The position numbers were made by a program, and so were the translations under genes. The notes under the pieces were generated by a model. The model saw only the letters and a program-made list of their open reading frames with translations. It did no database searches and was not told the origin of the DNA. This document shows positions 47,720-57,966 of a DNA stretch of 64,000 nucleotides, piece by piece. Each line of letters starts with the position of its first letter. Position 1 is the stretch's first letter. The DNA lies in the NCBI GenBank assembly GCA_964645605.1, contig CAZYCE010000003.1, positions 57,135 through 121,134 on the forward strand. Direction: 5' to 3'. The stretch comes from an uncultured Gammaproteobacteria bacterium (lineage in GTDB: Bacteria; Patescibacteriota; Microgenomatia; UBA8517).

Positions 47720-49486
47720 ATGACTGAACAGAAAGGAGATGTGCTAAGATTTTCTAAAGATATGTCGGAGGCAAGATCTGCCAAACCGCTTGTCGTACAA
47801 AATATTCACAAGGAGTATGGGGATCGTGTGGTTTTGGATAATGTAAGTATTTCAATAAACACAGGTGACAGGATTGCACTTGTGGGTAAAAATGGATCTG
47901 GTAAATCAACGCTTATGAGAATAGTAGCGGGTTTGGAAACTTCAGATAAGGGATCTGTAATAAATCCAGGATTGAGAGTTGGGTTTCTCGGCCAGGATTT
48001 TACTTTAGATAACGATAAATCCGTTTACAAAGTTGCGACTGAAGGCGTTGCAGAGTTTACGGACCTTCTACAGAAATTCGAACAAATGTCAGAAAATTAT
48101 CAATCTAATAATTCTGAGTTTGTAGAGAATTACACCAGAATCCTAGATATCCTTCAAAGAAATGATGCTTTTAAAATTCCGGACAGAGTTAGTACTGTAC
48201 TTAAAAACTTGGGAATTGATCACGATCTGGAATCTAAGGTATCAACACTAAGCGGAGGTCAAATGGTGCGGCTTGCACTTGCTAGGATATTAATTTCGAA
48301 ACCCGATATACTCTTTTTGGATGAACCAACCAACCATCTAGATCTTCATGCAAATTTATGGCTAAGAAACTTTCTAAATAGTTGGGAAGGTGGTTTTGTT
48401 GTTGTTTCTCACGATAGAGATTTCCTTAACGAAGTGACGAAATCAACATGGGAATTGGATGAGGGTCACATTGAGCAATTTGGTGGTAACTATAATTTCT
48501 ATAAAGAACAAAAAGGTCTAAAGGAATCAGCGCAGGAAAGAGAGGTTGTTCGGCTGGGTAAGGAAGTTAGGAAAGCAAAGAAGAAAATAGAAAAAGAAAA
48601 AGAACGGGCTGCCCATAGTGCTAGACGTGATTTAAGCAAAAATCCTGAAGACTTGGACCGATTTAGAGCACATTATTTCAAAGAAAGAGCCGAAAAATCA
48701 GCTGGCAAAAATAAGGGTGTTTCTGAAGATAAACACTCAGAACTTTCTGAGCAACTAAGACAATCGAAAAGAAAAATACCTCAAAGAATATCTCCTAATA
48801 TGACAGAGTCAGAAACCCACAAAGGTAAACGTCTTCTTTCTGCAAAAGATATTTCCTGCTCATACGGCGATAGTGTTGTCATAGAACAGGCATCCATTAA
48901 CGTCTCTTTCGGTGATCGTATTGCTCTTTTTGGAAATAATGGAGCCGGTAAATCGACTTTAATTCAAGGTTTGATTGGTTCTGATTCTGTACATGTTGAC
49001 GGTGATTTAGAATCTTCTCCTAATATAAACATCCAGTATATGGATCAAAACTATCGCTTTGTCGATAGAAACAGATCTGTCTTGGAAAATATGCAAAGCG
49101 CCGCACCGTCTACTAATGTTGATGATTTGAGAGTACACCTGGCGCGTTTTTTATTTAGGCAAGGAAACGACGTTACAAAAATGGCTAAAGTTTTAAGCGG
49201 GGGCGAAATCGCACGCTTGGCGCTTGCAATGATCTCCTTACAACCAATTGATTTATTGATTTTGGATGAACCGACAAACAATCTCGATGTGTCGTCCATT
49301 GAAGAGGTTGAGTCTGTCTTATCAAACTTTAAAGGGGCAATTCTGGTAGTTTCGCACGACATTACATTTCTTAAAAATATAGGAATAAATGAATCGTATG
49401 TCATAGCAGATGGATCTTTAAAACATCTAATTTCCAACCCGGACAACACAGATTCTTTCAAAAAAGAACTTCTTTCCAATCTCTGA
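47720..49486 (+). CDS. ABC-F family ATPase (ribosome-associated, possible antibiotic protection)
   Basis: Two ABC domains (GKNGSGKS/LSGGQ/LDEPTNHLD and GNNGAGKS/LSGGE/LDEPTNNLD) with a helical linker and no TMs. Confidence 0.92.
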   Translation: MTEQKGDVLRFSKDMSEARSAKPLVVQNIHKEYGDRVVLDNVSISINTGDRIALVGKNGSGKSTLMRIVAGLETSDKGSVINPGLRVGFLGQDFTLDNDKSVYKVATEGVAEFTDLLQKFEQMSENYQSNNSEFVENYTRILDILQRNDAFKIPDRVSTVLKNLGIDHDLESKVSTLSGGQMVRLALARILISKPDILFLDEPTNHLDLHANLWLRNFLNSWEGGFVVVSHDRDFLNEVTKSTWELDEGHIEQFGGNYNFYKEQKGLKESAQEREVVRLGKEVRKAKKKIEKEKERAAHSARRDLSKNPEDLDRFRAHYFKERAEKSAGKNKGVSEDKHSELSEQLRQSKRKIPQRISPNMTESETHKGKRLLSAKDISCSYGDSVVIEQASINVSFGDRIALFGNNGAGKSTLIQGLIGSDSVHVDGDLESSPNINIQYMDQNYRFVDRNRSVLENMQSAAPSTNVDDLRVHLARFLFRQGNDVTKMAKVLSGGEIARLALAMISLQPIDLLILDEPTNNLDVSSIEEVESVLSNFKGAILVVSHDITFLKNIGINESYVIADGSLKHLISNPDNTDSFKKELLSNL

Positions 49487-49491
49487 TAAAT

Positions 49492-50346
49492 TTATAATTC
49501 AGGGGCAATCTTAGTAAGCAGATTGGTTAATTCTTTATCTATTTCAGATATTCTCTTTAGAACAAAATCTTTCTCACCTTTGTCTTTAAACTGGTTATTT
49601 GAAAGAATTAAGCCAATAGCTTTAAAAATCTCCAGATATGTCCCAATTTTTCCGGTTGGGCGTTCTTTGCGACGCCAATAGATCTCGCTTACTTGTTTTT
49701 GGTGAATTCTATAGTCAGTAAGAATCTTGTCTAAAAAGTAAACGTCATATTTAGCCGCAATTTTTATGTACATATTAAAATCAAATGTATTTTTTGCAAA
49801 TTCCGCTTCATATAGACCTACTTTATCGTAGACGCTTTTGTTACATATCATTGTCGATGAATTTGTTAGGCAACAACCATATTTGATTGTATAGAACAAA
49901 TAATCTAACCCCGAAAGATATCCCGAAGGGGTAAAATCATAACCCCACCTCATTAGATAATTACCCTTCACATCCATTTTATTGGCATGAGCAAAAACAA
50001 AACCAAGTTTTGGATATTTGTTGTAGATCTTCATTGTTTCCGAAATAAAATTAGAATGTAAAATGTCATCGTCACCAAGAATGACAATGTACTTGCCTTT
50101 GGCAAGCTGTATGCTTCTGTTCCAGCTTCCCATCATTCCTATATTTATTTCGTTTTTTGTATATACAATTCTGGAATCTTTGTAGGATTTAACCACAGAC
50201 TCGGTGTTGTCAGTTGAACCACCGTCAATTATTAAGACTTCTATATTGATATATTTTTGGACAAGACAACTTTCAATGGCAGTTTTTAGGAATTCTGCAC
50301 GGTTATATGTAGGAATAGCGATTGTAACTAGATGTTGTTTATTCAT
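49492..50346 (-). CDS. GT2 glycosyltransferase
   Basis: IAIPTYNR, DGGSTD, LGDDD. Confidence 0.9.
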   Translation of the reverse strand: MNKQHLVTIAIPTYNRAEFLKTAIESCLVQKYINIEVLIIDGGSTDNTESVVKSYKDSRIVYTKNEINIGMMGSWNRSIQLAKGKYIVILGDDDILHSNFISETMKIYNKYPKLGFVFAHANKMDVKGNYLMRWGYDFTPSGYLSGLDYLFYTIKYGCCLTNSSTMICNKSVYDKVGLYEAEFAKNTFDFNMYIKIAAKYDVYFLDKILTDYRIHQKQVSEIYWRRKERPTGKIGTYLEIFKAIGLILSNNQFKDKGEKDFVLKRISEIDKELTNLLTKIAPEL

Positions 50347-51562
50347 AATGTTTTATAATCTGACGAAGCATATTCCTCGGACTGTTTACTCTCTGATAAT
50401 TTATTGATTGATTCCCCGATTCATTGCTGCTTTTCATTTCCGATTTTCCTTTAATTATAATCTCCAATTCTTTACGTAAATTATCTATTGTTTGCTTCGG
50501 TTCATTAAGTTTGTAGTCAAAAATATGACCTGCATTAAATCTCCGTGATTCGTCAGCCATCCAAGTTCCAGACGACACTACACAAATCTGATTATACATT
50601 CTAGCTATAATATAAATTTCCGAGACTCTTTTATCATAACTTTGCGGATGGTATGGCATTACGACCACGTCCGAGGTTGCAACTATTCTTTGAAAATTCA
50701 GAGGATCAATAGCTGATTCTATAAATTCCACTCTACTATCAGACTCCAATTCTTGCCGGACTCTTTTGAATTGAACTGATTCCTGGACGTCGTAACCCCT
50801 GCCGTTATAATCTTGAATAATAATCCTTTCTCCAGCTGAAGGCGTATCTTTTACAGCTTCGAGAAATAACAAAAGACCCTTCTCATATCTGCCATCGCCC
50901 AAAAAGGAAATAGTAAATCCAACACTTTCAGGTTTGTCATCTGTCTTTAAGTCTTTGTGAAATTCGATAGGCAAAGGGAGCATGCCAATATTCATTGGTG
51001 AAAACGAATTTAAAAGCTGGTTTAGTTTTCGGCTTCGCGTTGTCCAAATAGAAACAACATTTTTAAAATCCACGGCTTCAATAAACGATTCGGCTAAGAG
51101 TTCTTTGTTTGTCAAAAAGTAACTATCCTCAAGAGTTTGTCTAAATGTTAACGCCGGTGGAAAAAATTGATGAATTTGAAATGCAAACTTAGGTTGTTTA
51201 TCCTTATGTTTTCCAAGGAATGTTTTAACGCCCAAAATCTCATTCGAGTAGGCAGTTGGGATTACCACAAGATCGCTTGTGCCTAATTGTAATTTTTCAT
51301 GAACTTTCTCCATATCCTCATGGAAGGTCGATCCCTTGTCATCTAAATTCTGAAAACATGTGTTTGTGATAACCGGATGAACCTCTCCAAGCAATCTTTG
51401 TACAGAGCTGTCTGTGTCTCGATTTGTTACGATCTCCAAGTCAACTTTACTCGTGTCAGTTACAGAACTTTTTATGGAACAAGCCCCTTCAATAGGATGA
51501 CCAAAATTCGTCTTAAGATTGGGGTCTATCCAAACAATTCTCTCTATTTCAGAATTAACCAT
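50339..51562 (-). CDS. GT-B (GT4-like) glycosyltransferase
   Basis: GH near the N-terminus; FLGDGRYEKG; SDVVVMPY. Confidence 0.7.
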   Translation of the reverse strand: MVNSEIERIVWIDPNLKTNFGHPIEGACSIKSSVTDTSKVDLEIVTNRDTDSSVQRLLGEVHPVITNTCFQNLDDKGSTFHEDMEKVHEKLQLGTSDLVVIPTAYSNEILGVKTFLGKHKDKQPKFAFQIHQFFPPALTFRQTLEDSYFLTNKELLAESFIEAVDFKNVVSIWTTRSRKLNQLLNSFSPMNIGMLPLPIEFHKDLKTDDKPESVGFTISFLGDGRYEKGLLLFLEAVKDTPSAGERIIIQDYNGRGYDVQESVQFKRVRQELESDSRVEFIESAIDPLNFQRIVATSDVVVMPYHPQSYDKRVSEIYIIARMYNQICVVSSGTWMADESRRFNAGHIFDYKLNEPKQTIDNLRKELEIIIKGKSEMKSSNESGNQSINYQRVNSPRNMLRQIIKHYE

Positions 51563-52352
51563 TTTGTTTATTAATTAACTCCTTTCTAATCTTATCCGCA
51601 CATTGTGTGAAATCTTTACTCAAAATTCCCCTGTTTGTTTCCGCTAAGTTATAAAGAGTCGCAACTTGTAAATCTTCAGAATTATTTACATTTATAAAAT
51701 CAGGTATTTCTATAAGGGATGTTTTGTAACCTAGCTGTCTGCAATATTCAAAAAAATCTTCGATTTCACGCTTATCAAATTCCAGAAACCTTTCCAGATA
51801 TTGCTTTATCTCGGCTTTAAAAAGTGCGGTGCCTGACCATTTATATCCATCTTTGTTTTTCGGAATAGCCTTTTTAATTACTGACGTAACTTCTGATCCA
51901 TCCGTAAAAACAATACCCCCGAGAGACAGATCTTTAGAATGAAAAGCCTTTGCGGCTGCGAGATATATTTGCTTCCCGTTTATCTCTACATCAAATTTGT
52001 CAAAAGGGTTATCTCGAAAGTAAATATCCCCAAGAGTCAGAAGTACAATGGTATCAGGGTCAATATTTTTTAACAGATTTCTAAGTGTTGACAGCGGCCC
52101 TTTCTCATCGTTGGTTTTGTATACAACTTCGACACGGGAGTAATCCTCCAGCGATCTTTTTATTTGGTTATAAAATAATTCATTAGTTGCGATCGTTATA
52201 TTGTTTGACCCATTTTGGATTGACTGTTGAACTTGTCTATGAAGCAAAGTGGTATTCCCCAGGGGCATAAGAGCCTTCGGAACACCTTTTGATAGATATC
52301 CCAAACGGCTTGCCTTACCCCCAGCCAGAATAATATGTAATTTGTTTGTCAT
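51555..52352 (-). CDS. Sugar-phosphate nucleotidyltransferase
   Basis: ILAGGKASRL...PKALMP; INVNNSEDL. Confidence 0.85.
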   Translation of the reverse strand: MTNKLHIILAGGKASRLGYLSKGVPKALMPLGNTTLLHRQVQQSIQNGSNNITIATNELFYNQIKRSLEDYSRVEVVYKTNDEKGPLSTLRNLLKNIDPDTIVLLTLGDIYFRDNPFDKFDVEINGKQIYLAAAKAFHSKDLSLGGIVFTDGSEVTSVIKKAIPKNKDGYKWSGTALFKAEIKQYLERFLEFDKREIEDFFEYCRQLGYKTSLIEIPDFINVNNSEDLQVATLYNLAETNRGILSKDFTQCADKIRKELINKQNG

Positions 52353-52354
52353 AG

Positions 52355-53146
52355 TTAAGTTAATTTCTGATCAAATATTACTTTTGCCTCTTTTTCCCAG
52401 CTTATTAGTGGAGCCAGCCATGGCAAATGAACGTGAGTGGCAAGCGATGGAATTGGTCCGACAAGTACTCTTTTATTTAACGTACCCTCTGCGTATTTAC
52501 CAAGTCCTTGTAAATCCCGAAACAACTCTCTGTCTTCCGGCCTTCCTTTGCTGTTCTCTTTGTATCTTTCAAAATATTTGATATCTTCTGCAAGAGTTCT
52601 GCTTGTTGTCGCAAAAGTCATACAGGTAGATTCCTGCGTTCTCCAATGCCTTTCGTTGGTAATATATATGACATTGTGCCAATGGGGAAGGTCGGGCCCT
52701 TTTACATAGTCAGGCTGATAACGAACAGGGTGGTCATACGGAGTTGAATAGTGAACCGGTAATTGTTTAAGAGAATGTTGTAAACCCAAAAGTGCGGGAG
52801 TAAGCCATAGATAATCGTCTTCTGCAAAAACGACTATTTTGTTTCCAGATATTGCAGAAGCTTTTCGAATAATATTAATGCTAGATTCAACATTTCCAAG
52901 TGGTTTTTGTTCAATAATCAAACCCCGTGGTTCAACCATCTGTTTTACTTTCTTCGACCATTCATCATGGGGTTTTAGATATCCATCAACAAAAACTGTC
53001 ATTTCCGATTCAGTTTCACTTTTAAGTTGATCAAACGATAACAAAAAACTTTTAAGACACAATTCCTTAGAATACCAGGTAGGTCTTGGGGCATTATTCT
53101 CTCCAGGGCAGGTTCTATAAAAAATAAATGTGGGTGATTCTATCAT
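52355..53146 (-). CDS. GT-A fold glycosyltransferase-like protein
   Basis: FAEDDYL DxD-like motif; YDHP; STCMTFA; operon context. Confidence 0.6.
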   Translation of the reverse strand: MIESPTFIFYRTCPGENNAPRPTWYSKELCLKSFLLSFDQLKSETESEMTVFVDGYLKPHDEWSKKVKQMVEPRGLIIEQKPLGNVESSINIIRKASAISGNKIVVFAEDDYLWLTPALLGLQHSLKQLPVHYSTPYDHPVRYQPDYVKGPDLPHWHNVIYITNERHWRTQESTCMTFATTSRTLAEDIKYFERYKENSKGRPEDRELFRDLQGLGKYAEGTLNKRVLVGPIPSLATHVHLPWLAPLISWEKEAKVIFDQKLT

Positions 53147-53922
53147 TTGTTTGAAAAAACTCCGGTTTTATCGGCAATTAGTATTCTGGTTGCACTGATC
53201 ATTTGAGATAATATCTTTTTCAATGGCCTTCTTTCCTTCCAAATGTGTGATTCCAATGTGATTGGAACTATATTGCCATATTCACTTGCCAACCTAATTG
53301 TTATCAAATCTAAGCCCCATTTAAGATCTTTTTTTGAAACATATCGTTCTAGTGTTGGTAGCATGGCCTCAACAACCTCTCTCCTATAAACCTGTAATCC
53401 TGGGCTGTGTTGGCTCATTGGAAAGCCAAGCAGCGTATTACCTTCGATATTACCCATGATATTGTGGAATGCCGAATCTATGAAGCCATTCGACTCGAGA
53501 CTACGCCTATGTTCAACAAAGACACCTGTGTTTTTACTATCCTGTAAAATATCCACGGCTTTGCTAACTGCAGACATGGGATATTCACCGTCAGCGTCGG
53601 CTCGAATAATTATCTCTGCCTTGGTTTCCAGAGCTTTTCTGTAACCATCAACTAGAGATCGCGCCAGTCCAAGGTTTGATTCGTGCCTGAGGATTGTAAT
53701 GGGAGGTTCGTTCGATCCCAAGATCAGTTTTGAACTGCCGTCGTCAACTGCAATAACAGAATACTGACTACCCTCAAAAAGTAATCTAATATCTGCTACC
53801 TGGCTATCTATGGGGTGGTTGTAGGAGGGAATTACAAAGACCAATTCAGGCACAATCATACTCGCCTCGGTTCTGCTGAACCCTTCTGTAATTTGGCCAT
53901 GATAAATAGAGTCAATTTCCAT
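53143..53922 (-). CDS. GT2 glycosyltransferase (DPM1-like)
   Basis: VIPSYN, VDDGS, DADGEY. Confidence 0.8.
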   Translation of the reverse strand: MEIDSIYHGQITEGFSRTEASMIVPELVFVIPSYNHPIDSQVADIRLLFEGSQYSVIAVDDGSSKLILGSNEPPITILRHESNLGLARSLVDGYRKALETKAEIIIRADADGEYPMSAVSKAVDILQDSKNTGVFVEHRRSLESNGFIDSAFHNIMGNIEGNTLLGFPMSQHSPGLQVYRREVVEAMLPTLERYVSKKDLKWGLDLITIRLASEYGNIVPITLESHIWKERRPLKKILSQMISATRILIADKTGVFSNK

Positions 53923-53983
53923 GCGAAGCAGTATATACTATAAGATATCAGAAGTCAAGCTCAGAATAGCCTTGATGATTAAA

Positions 53984-54736
53984 CTAATCTTCACCTAGAG
54001 CTTGTTTTATCTTTTGGGTAATTATCGCTCTATCACCCTCGTCGTTCCTGATCTGGAAATAGTTCTTTATGTTTTGGTCAGTCATAAAAGAGTTAGTGAC
54101 AGTAGAAAAGGAGTCTTTAGTAAAAAAATAATAATCAACCATAACCTGGTCAATATGTTTAACTTTGAAGGGGTACTTTAGTGCAATTCTCGCAAACAGA
54201 TCCCAATCTTCCAAAATTCCAAGACTCTCATCGAATTTGCCGATTTCATCAAATAGAGTTTTATTTATAAGCACCGAGTTGATATCTATGAAATTTGTAT
54301 AAGTTAGCTTGACCGGATTGTACTCTACATTTCTAACCTTCCTGCCAATTATTTGTCGAGACTCTTTATTTCCTGACACAAGAAACATATTTTCGCTGCA
54401 ATACCCCATCAAATATGGTTTGCAAACTTCTTGAATCATCGTTTCCAAAAAACTTGGATGCCAGTAATTGTCTGTATCTAAAAATGCAATAAATTTACCC
54501 TTGGCTAATGATAAGCCCTTATTCCTGGCTGCAGAAGCTCCTTTGTGATCTATGTGTTCATAAACAAGTCGTTTGTCTTTAATCTTTGAAAGCGTCTCTT
54601 TTGTGTTGTCAGACGATCCGTCGTCAACAATTATCAATTCAAAATCTTCATAGTTTTGGTTTAATACGCTGTTCACTGCCGTTCTAATCGTTTGAGACCG
54701 ATTATAGCTAGGCATAACAACGCTTACATTAGGCAT
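53984..54736 (-). CDS. GT2 glycosyltransferase
   Basis: VVMPSYNR, VDDGSSD, FLDTD, EDWDL. Confidence 0.92.
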   Translation of the reverse strand: MPNVSVVMPSYNRSQTIRTAVNSVLNQNYEDFELIIVDDGSSDNTKETLSKIKDKRLVYEHIDHKGASAARNKGLSLAKGKFIAFLDTDNYWHPSFLETMIQEVCKPYLMGYCSENMFLVSGNKESRQIIGRKVRNVEYNPVKLTYTNFIDINSVLINKTLFDEIGKFDESLGILEDWDLFARIALKYPFKVKHIDQVMVDYYFFTKDSFSTVTNSFMTDQNIKNYFQIRNDEGDRAIITQKIKQALGED

Positions 54737-54803
54737 AATCTATTTTAACATACATCGTCACAAATGGTTGTGATCCGCATACTACCCCTTGTGCGACGCT
54801 GAA

Positions 54804-54926
54804 TTAGGTCAGTTTCTTTTTGTCTTCATAGAGTTTCATCCGATGTTTTTTACTGTATTCCAAAGCAGGATTGGTGAATCCCTTCTTGGCAATAAATTTA
54901 ACAACACCTTTTCTATTACTCACCAT
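54804..54926 (-). CDS. 40-aa basic small protein (MVSNRKGVVKFIAKKGFTNPALEYSKKHRMKLYEDKKKLT)
   Basis: Read by eye; SD AAGGTGGTGA upstream; not in the ORF track. Confidence 0.5.
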   Translation of the reverse strand: MVSNRKGVVKFIAKKGFTNPALEYSKKHRMKLYEDKKKLT

Positions 54927-54964
54927 TTCTTATCACCACCTTATTATATTTATCCTAAGGATAT

Positions 54965-56656
54965 TTATCTTTTAGTCCAAAAACTTTTCATAAACTCGTT
55001 GTAATCCAAAGAATCTTTACTCATTTCGCTTTTCTTCATAATCATTGGGTAATCCTTATAAAAATGCTTCAAATATGTTGTGACCAGTGGATAATATTTC
55101 TCATAACTGGCACCAATTTGAGGCACGAAATATTCACCGTCATATCGGTATATTCCCCAAACAACTCTGTTGCCCCTTCCCCCTTGTTCTCTTTTCGCGA
55201 TTCTGGTCATCTTATTAATCACGTCTTGTCCTAAGTCTTTAAATTCTTCATTAATCACTTTCTCGATATCGGGAGTAATTGGTCCGTCCTTCGGATATTC
55301 ATCAACCATCTCTGCTACCTCTAAATATCCGTCATTATCAAAATCGGCTGCAGTTAAACTTCCGACCTCACCCGACCAAAACAAACAATCGTATGCGCTT
55401 TTTACATCCCGAGTCAGACAAATTGGCAATATTCCATACCCTCCGGTCTTTAGTTCAAATAGTCCGAAGAACATTGTTTGGGATGAATGAGGGCCAACTA
55501 CAAACTCATAACTTACGAATTGCTTCCCGTCTTTTTTCATACCTACAAAAGCTTTTGCGCTGCCGGAGAGAGGCTGCTCAATCGGTATACTATCGGGGAG
55601 TCTTCCGATTTCATTGCCTTTTTCATCATAAGCAACAAGGGAGATATCCGGAAACTCACTTGTTTCGCTCTGAGAATAGGTAAGACGAAGGGTTTCTTCT
55701 TTTCCGTCACCATTCAAATCAACCCTTTTGTCTTCTTTGCCTGAAGTATTGTTTTTTGAAAAAACATTTTTAGGATATTTTTTATCAAATTTGGAAAGGA
55801 TTACGCTTAAGGGGTCATAGGCAAGATTGTTGACATCATAATAATCTAAGGCCCCGTAGATTAATTCATCGGCCTGGTTATATAAATCACTCCATTCATT
55901 TTGTTTGACAGTCGTAATTTTATTGTAAGAATCATAAAAAAGTGTCAACAGGTCTCCATGTTTGTATTTTGCAATTATCTCTCCCGTTTTTTTATTCACT
56001 TCCGGGGCTGAATAATTATTCTCGGTAGCATCACTTAGAAGGTTATAAATGTCTATCTTGGTGTTTATATCAGCCAAGACCGCATTGTAATAATCGCTCG
56101 TCATAAATCCGTTATCAAAGAACTTCTTTAAATTGTCTCTGGTATCTCCCAAGTCCTTGACCTTGGTATAAAGCTCATCAAGAGTGACCCCTTTAGTATC
56201 CAACGCCTGACTGAATTGATCACTTTTAGTTAAAATAACATTCATTCCTCCTTCATATTCTTTTAATGAGTTAAATTTCCTTAAAGAAGAGTAATACTTA
56301 TCAAAAGCTTCCTTCTTTAAAGCCAGGAACTCCTTGTATTTTTTTGGTAAAAGGAACTTAAACTTTAACTGTTTATTTAGAATCGATTCATGTTCATTGA
56401 TAAGAAGATCTACCTTGTTCAGATCAGCCGCAATATCAATCGAGAGATTCTCAACTTCCGGACCTGTTTTTTGTCCGCCCTCTCTTCCGCTTCTTTGTTC
56501 AATATGATCATTGGCTACCTGTCTAGCTTCCTGAATTGAAGAAAAAATTTCTCTGCCTTTATACTCAAGTTGGTTAAAATAAAATCTGGGAAATAGGAAC
56601 AAAAATAAAGCAAGTAGAAGAAATACAGGAACAATAATGAGAAGTTTCAGTTTCAT
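54965..56656 (-). CDS. Membrane-anchored/secreted protein with DxNxDG Ca-binding-like loops
   Basis: N-terminal TM; coiled-coil region; DLNGDG and DFDNDG motifs. Confidence 0.7.
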   Translation of the reverse strand: MKLKLLIIVPVFLLLALFLFLFPRFYFNQLEYKGREIFSSIQEARQVANDHIEQRSGREGGQKTGPEVENLSIDIAADLNKVDLLINEHESILNKQLKFKFLLPKKYKEFLALKKEAFDKYYSSLRKFNSLKEYEGGMNVILTKSDQFSQALDTKGVTLDELYTKVKDLGDTRDNLKKFFDNGFMTSDYYNAVLADINTKIDIYNLLSDATENNYSAPEVNKKTGEIIAKYKHGDLLTLFYDSYNKITTVKQNEWSDLYNQADELIYGALDYYDVNNLAYDPLSVILSKFDKKYPKNVFSKNNTSGKEDKRVDLNGDGKEETLRLTYSQSETSEFPDISLVAYDEKGNEIGRLPDSIPIEQPLSGSAKAFVGMKKDGKQFVSYEFVVGPHSSQTMFFGLFELKTGGYGILPICLTRDVKSAYDCLFWSGEVGSLTAADFDNDGYLEVAEMVDEYPKDGPITPDIEKVINEEFKDLGQDVINKMTRIAKREQGGRGNRVVWGIYRYDGEYFVPQIGASYEKYYPLVTTYLKHFYKDYPMIMKKSEMSKDSLDYNEFMKSFWTKR

Positions 56657-56865
56657 ACTTCTTATTAACATTAATTCAGATATTTATCAATTTTATCAAT
56701 ATTAGAATCACTTATTTTTTAAATCAACTAACATATGTGAATCATCACCAAGTTTTACAAGAAGATAATATTTACCTTTTATATAAACATTCATTTGACC
56801 GGTACCCCTTAAACTACACATAGTTTCTGTATAATCAGAAGCTTGTATTAAGGGGGTGAAAAAGG

Positions 56866-57120
56866 TTGAAATCTAAAATAGCACCGGAAGTTAAATCAGA
56901 AGTTTTAGGGAAAATTAAAGGTGGAGAAAGTGTTGCTTCATTAGCTGAAAAGTTTGGTATCTCAGTCAAAACAATATATGGCTGGTTAAGATGGGAAACT
57001 ACAAACAAGGTAAGTTGGATGGAATATTCAAGGCTAAAGAAGGAGAATCAAACATTAAAAGAGATTGTTGGAGTTCTTACACTGGAGCTTCAGAAGTCAA
57101 AAAAAAAGACAATTAATTGA
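56866..57120 (+). CDS. IS3 OrfA (HTH)
   Basis: SVASLAEKFGISVKTIYGW; leucine zipper RLKKENQTLK. Confidence 0.88.
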   Translation: MKSKIAPEVKSEVLGKIKGGESVASLAEKFGISVKTIYGWLRWETTNKVSWMEYSRLKKENQTLKEIVGVLTLELQKSKKKTIN

Positions 57121-57952
57121 GATTATTCAAATTAAGGTTAAAACTGCCACCAAGTCTCTTTTATCAGTTTTATTTGGTCTAACTAGAAAAAGTTTATATT
57201 GGCAATCAAGTTCAGAAGCCAAAGATGAACTTCTTAAAAACCAAATACTTGACTGTCTGGCAGTTAATCCCAGTTATGGCCACAGGAGGCTTGCTTTGGC
57301 CTTGGGGGTTGGCAAGAAAAGAGTGAGAAGGGTTATGAAGCTGTATGGAATCAAGCCTTACAAAAGGAAAGCCAGGTGGGCAAAGAAGAGAGACAAAGGC
57401 AAGCCTGACAGTGGATTTCCAAACCTAATCAAAGGTTCCTGCCCAATCAGGCCAAAAATTGTCTATGTTGATGACTTCACAAGACTAAGTTGGAATGGAA
57501 AGATAATTTATCTAGCTACTTTTATGGACCTTTTTACAAGGGAAATAGTGGGATGGAGTATTTCAACCAGGCACACCCATGAACTTATCCAAAATGCTTT
57601 TAAAGAAGTCTTAACTTATTTTGGCAAACCCCAAATAATCCACACTGACCAAGGAAGTGAATACACATCAAAGGAATATACAAAATTAATGACTAGCCTC
57701 AATGTCAAAATCAGTATGAGCAAGAAAGGCAGTCCTTGGGAAAATGGTTTCCAAGAATCTTTCTATGATAACTTTAAAACTGACCTGGGTTTGGAATTTG
57801 AAAGGTTTGAAACAATTGGAGAATTTGTTGAAGCAATTCACAAAACAATTAATTATTACAACACACAAAGGATTCACTTATCCTTAAAAACTTCACCCAC
57901 CAAATTCAGACAAAATTTCGTTTCAAAAACTCTCAGAAAGAGTGTGTATTAA
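57099..57952 (+). CDS. IS3 OrfB DDE transposase, likely expressed by -1 frameshift at A9G (57099-57108)
   Basis: YGHRR, DFT, DLFTREIVGW, HTDQGSEY, ENGFQESF, YNTQRIH. Confidence 0.9.
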
Positions 57953-57966
57953 AAGGGGTACTTGAC

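Larger units (their letters stand above)
56796..57966 (+). mobile_element. IS3-family insertion sequence (1171 bp)
   Basis: TG...CA ends; imperfect IRs TGACCGGTACCCCTTAAACTACACA / TGTCAAGTACCCCTTTTAATACACA; orfA plus orfB; no target duplication. Confidence 0.92.
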
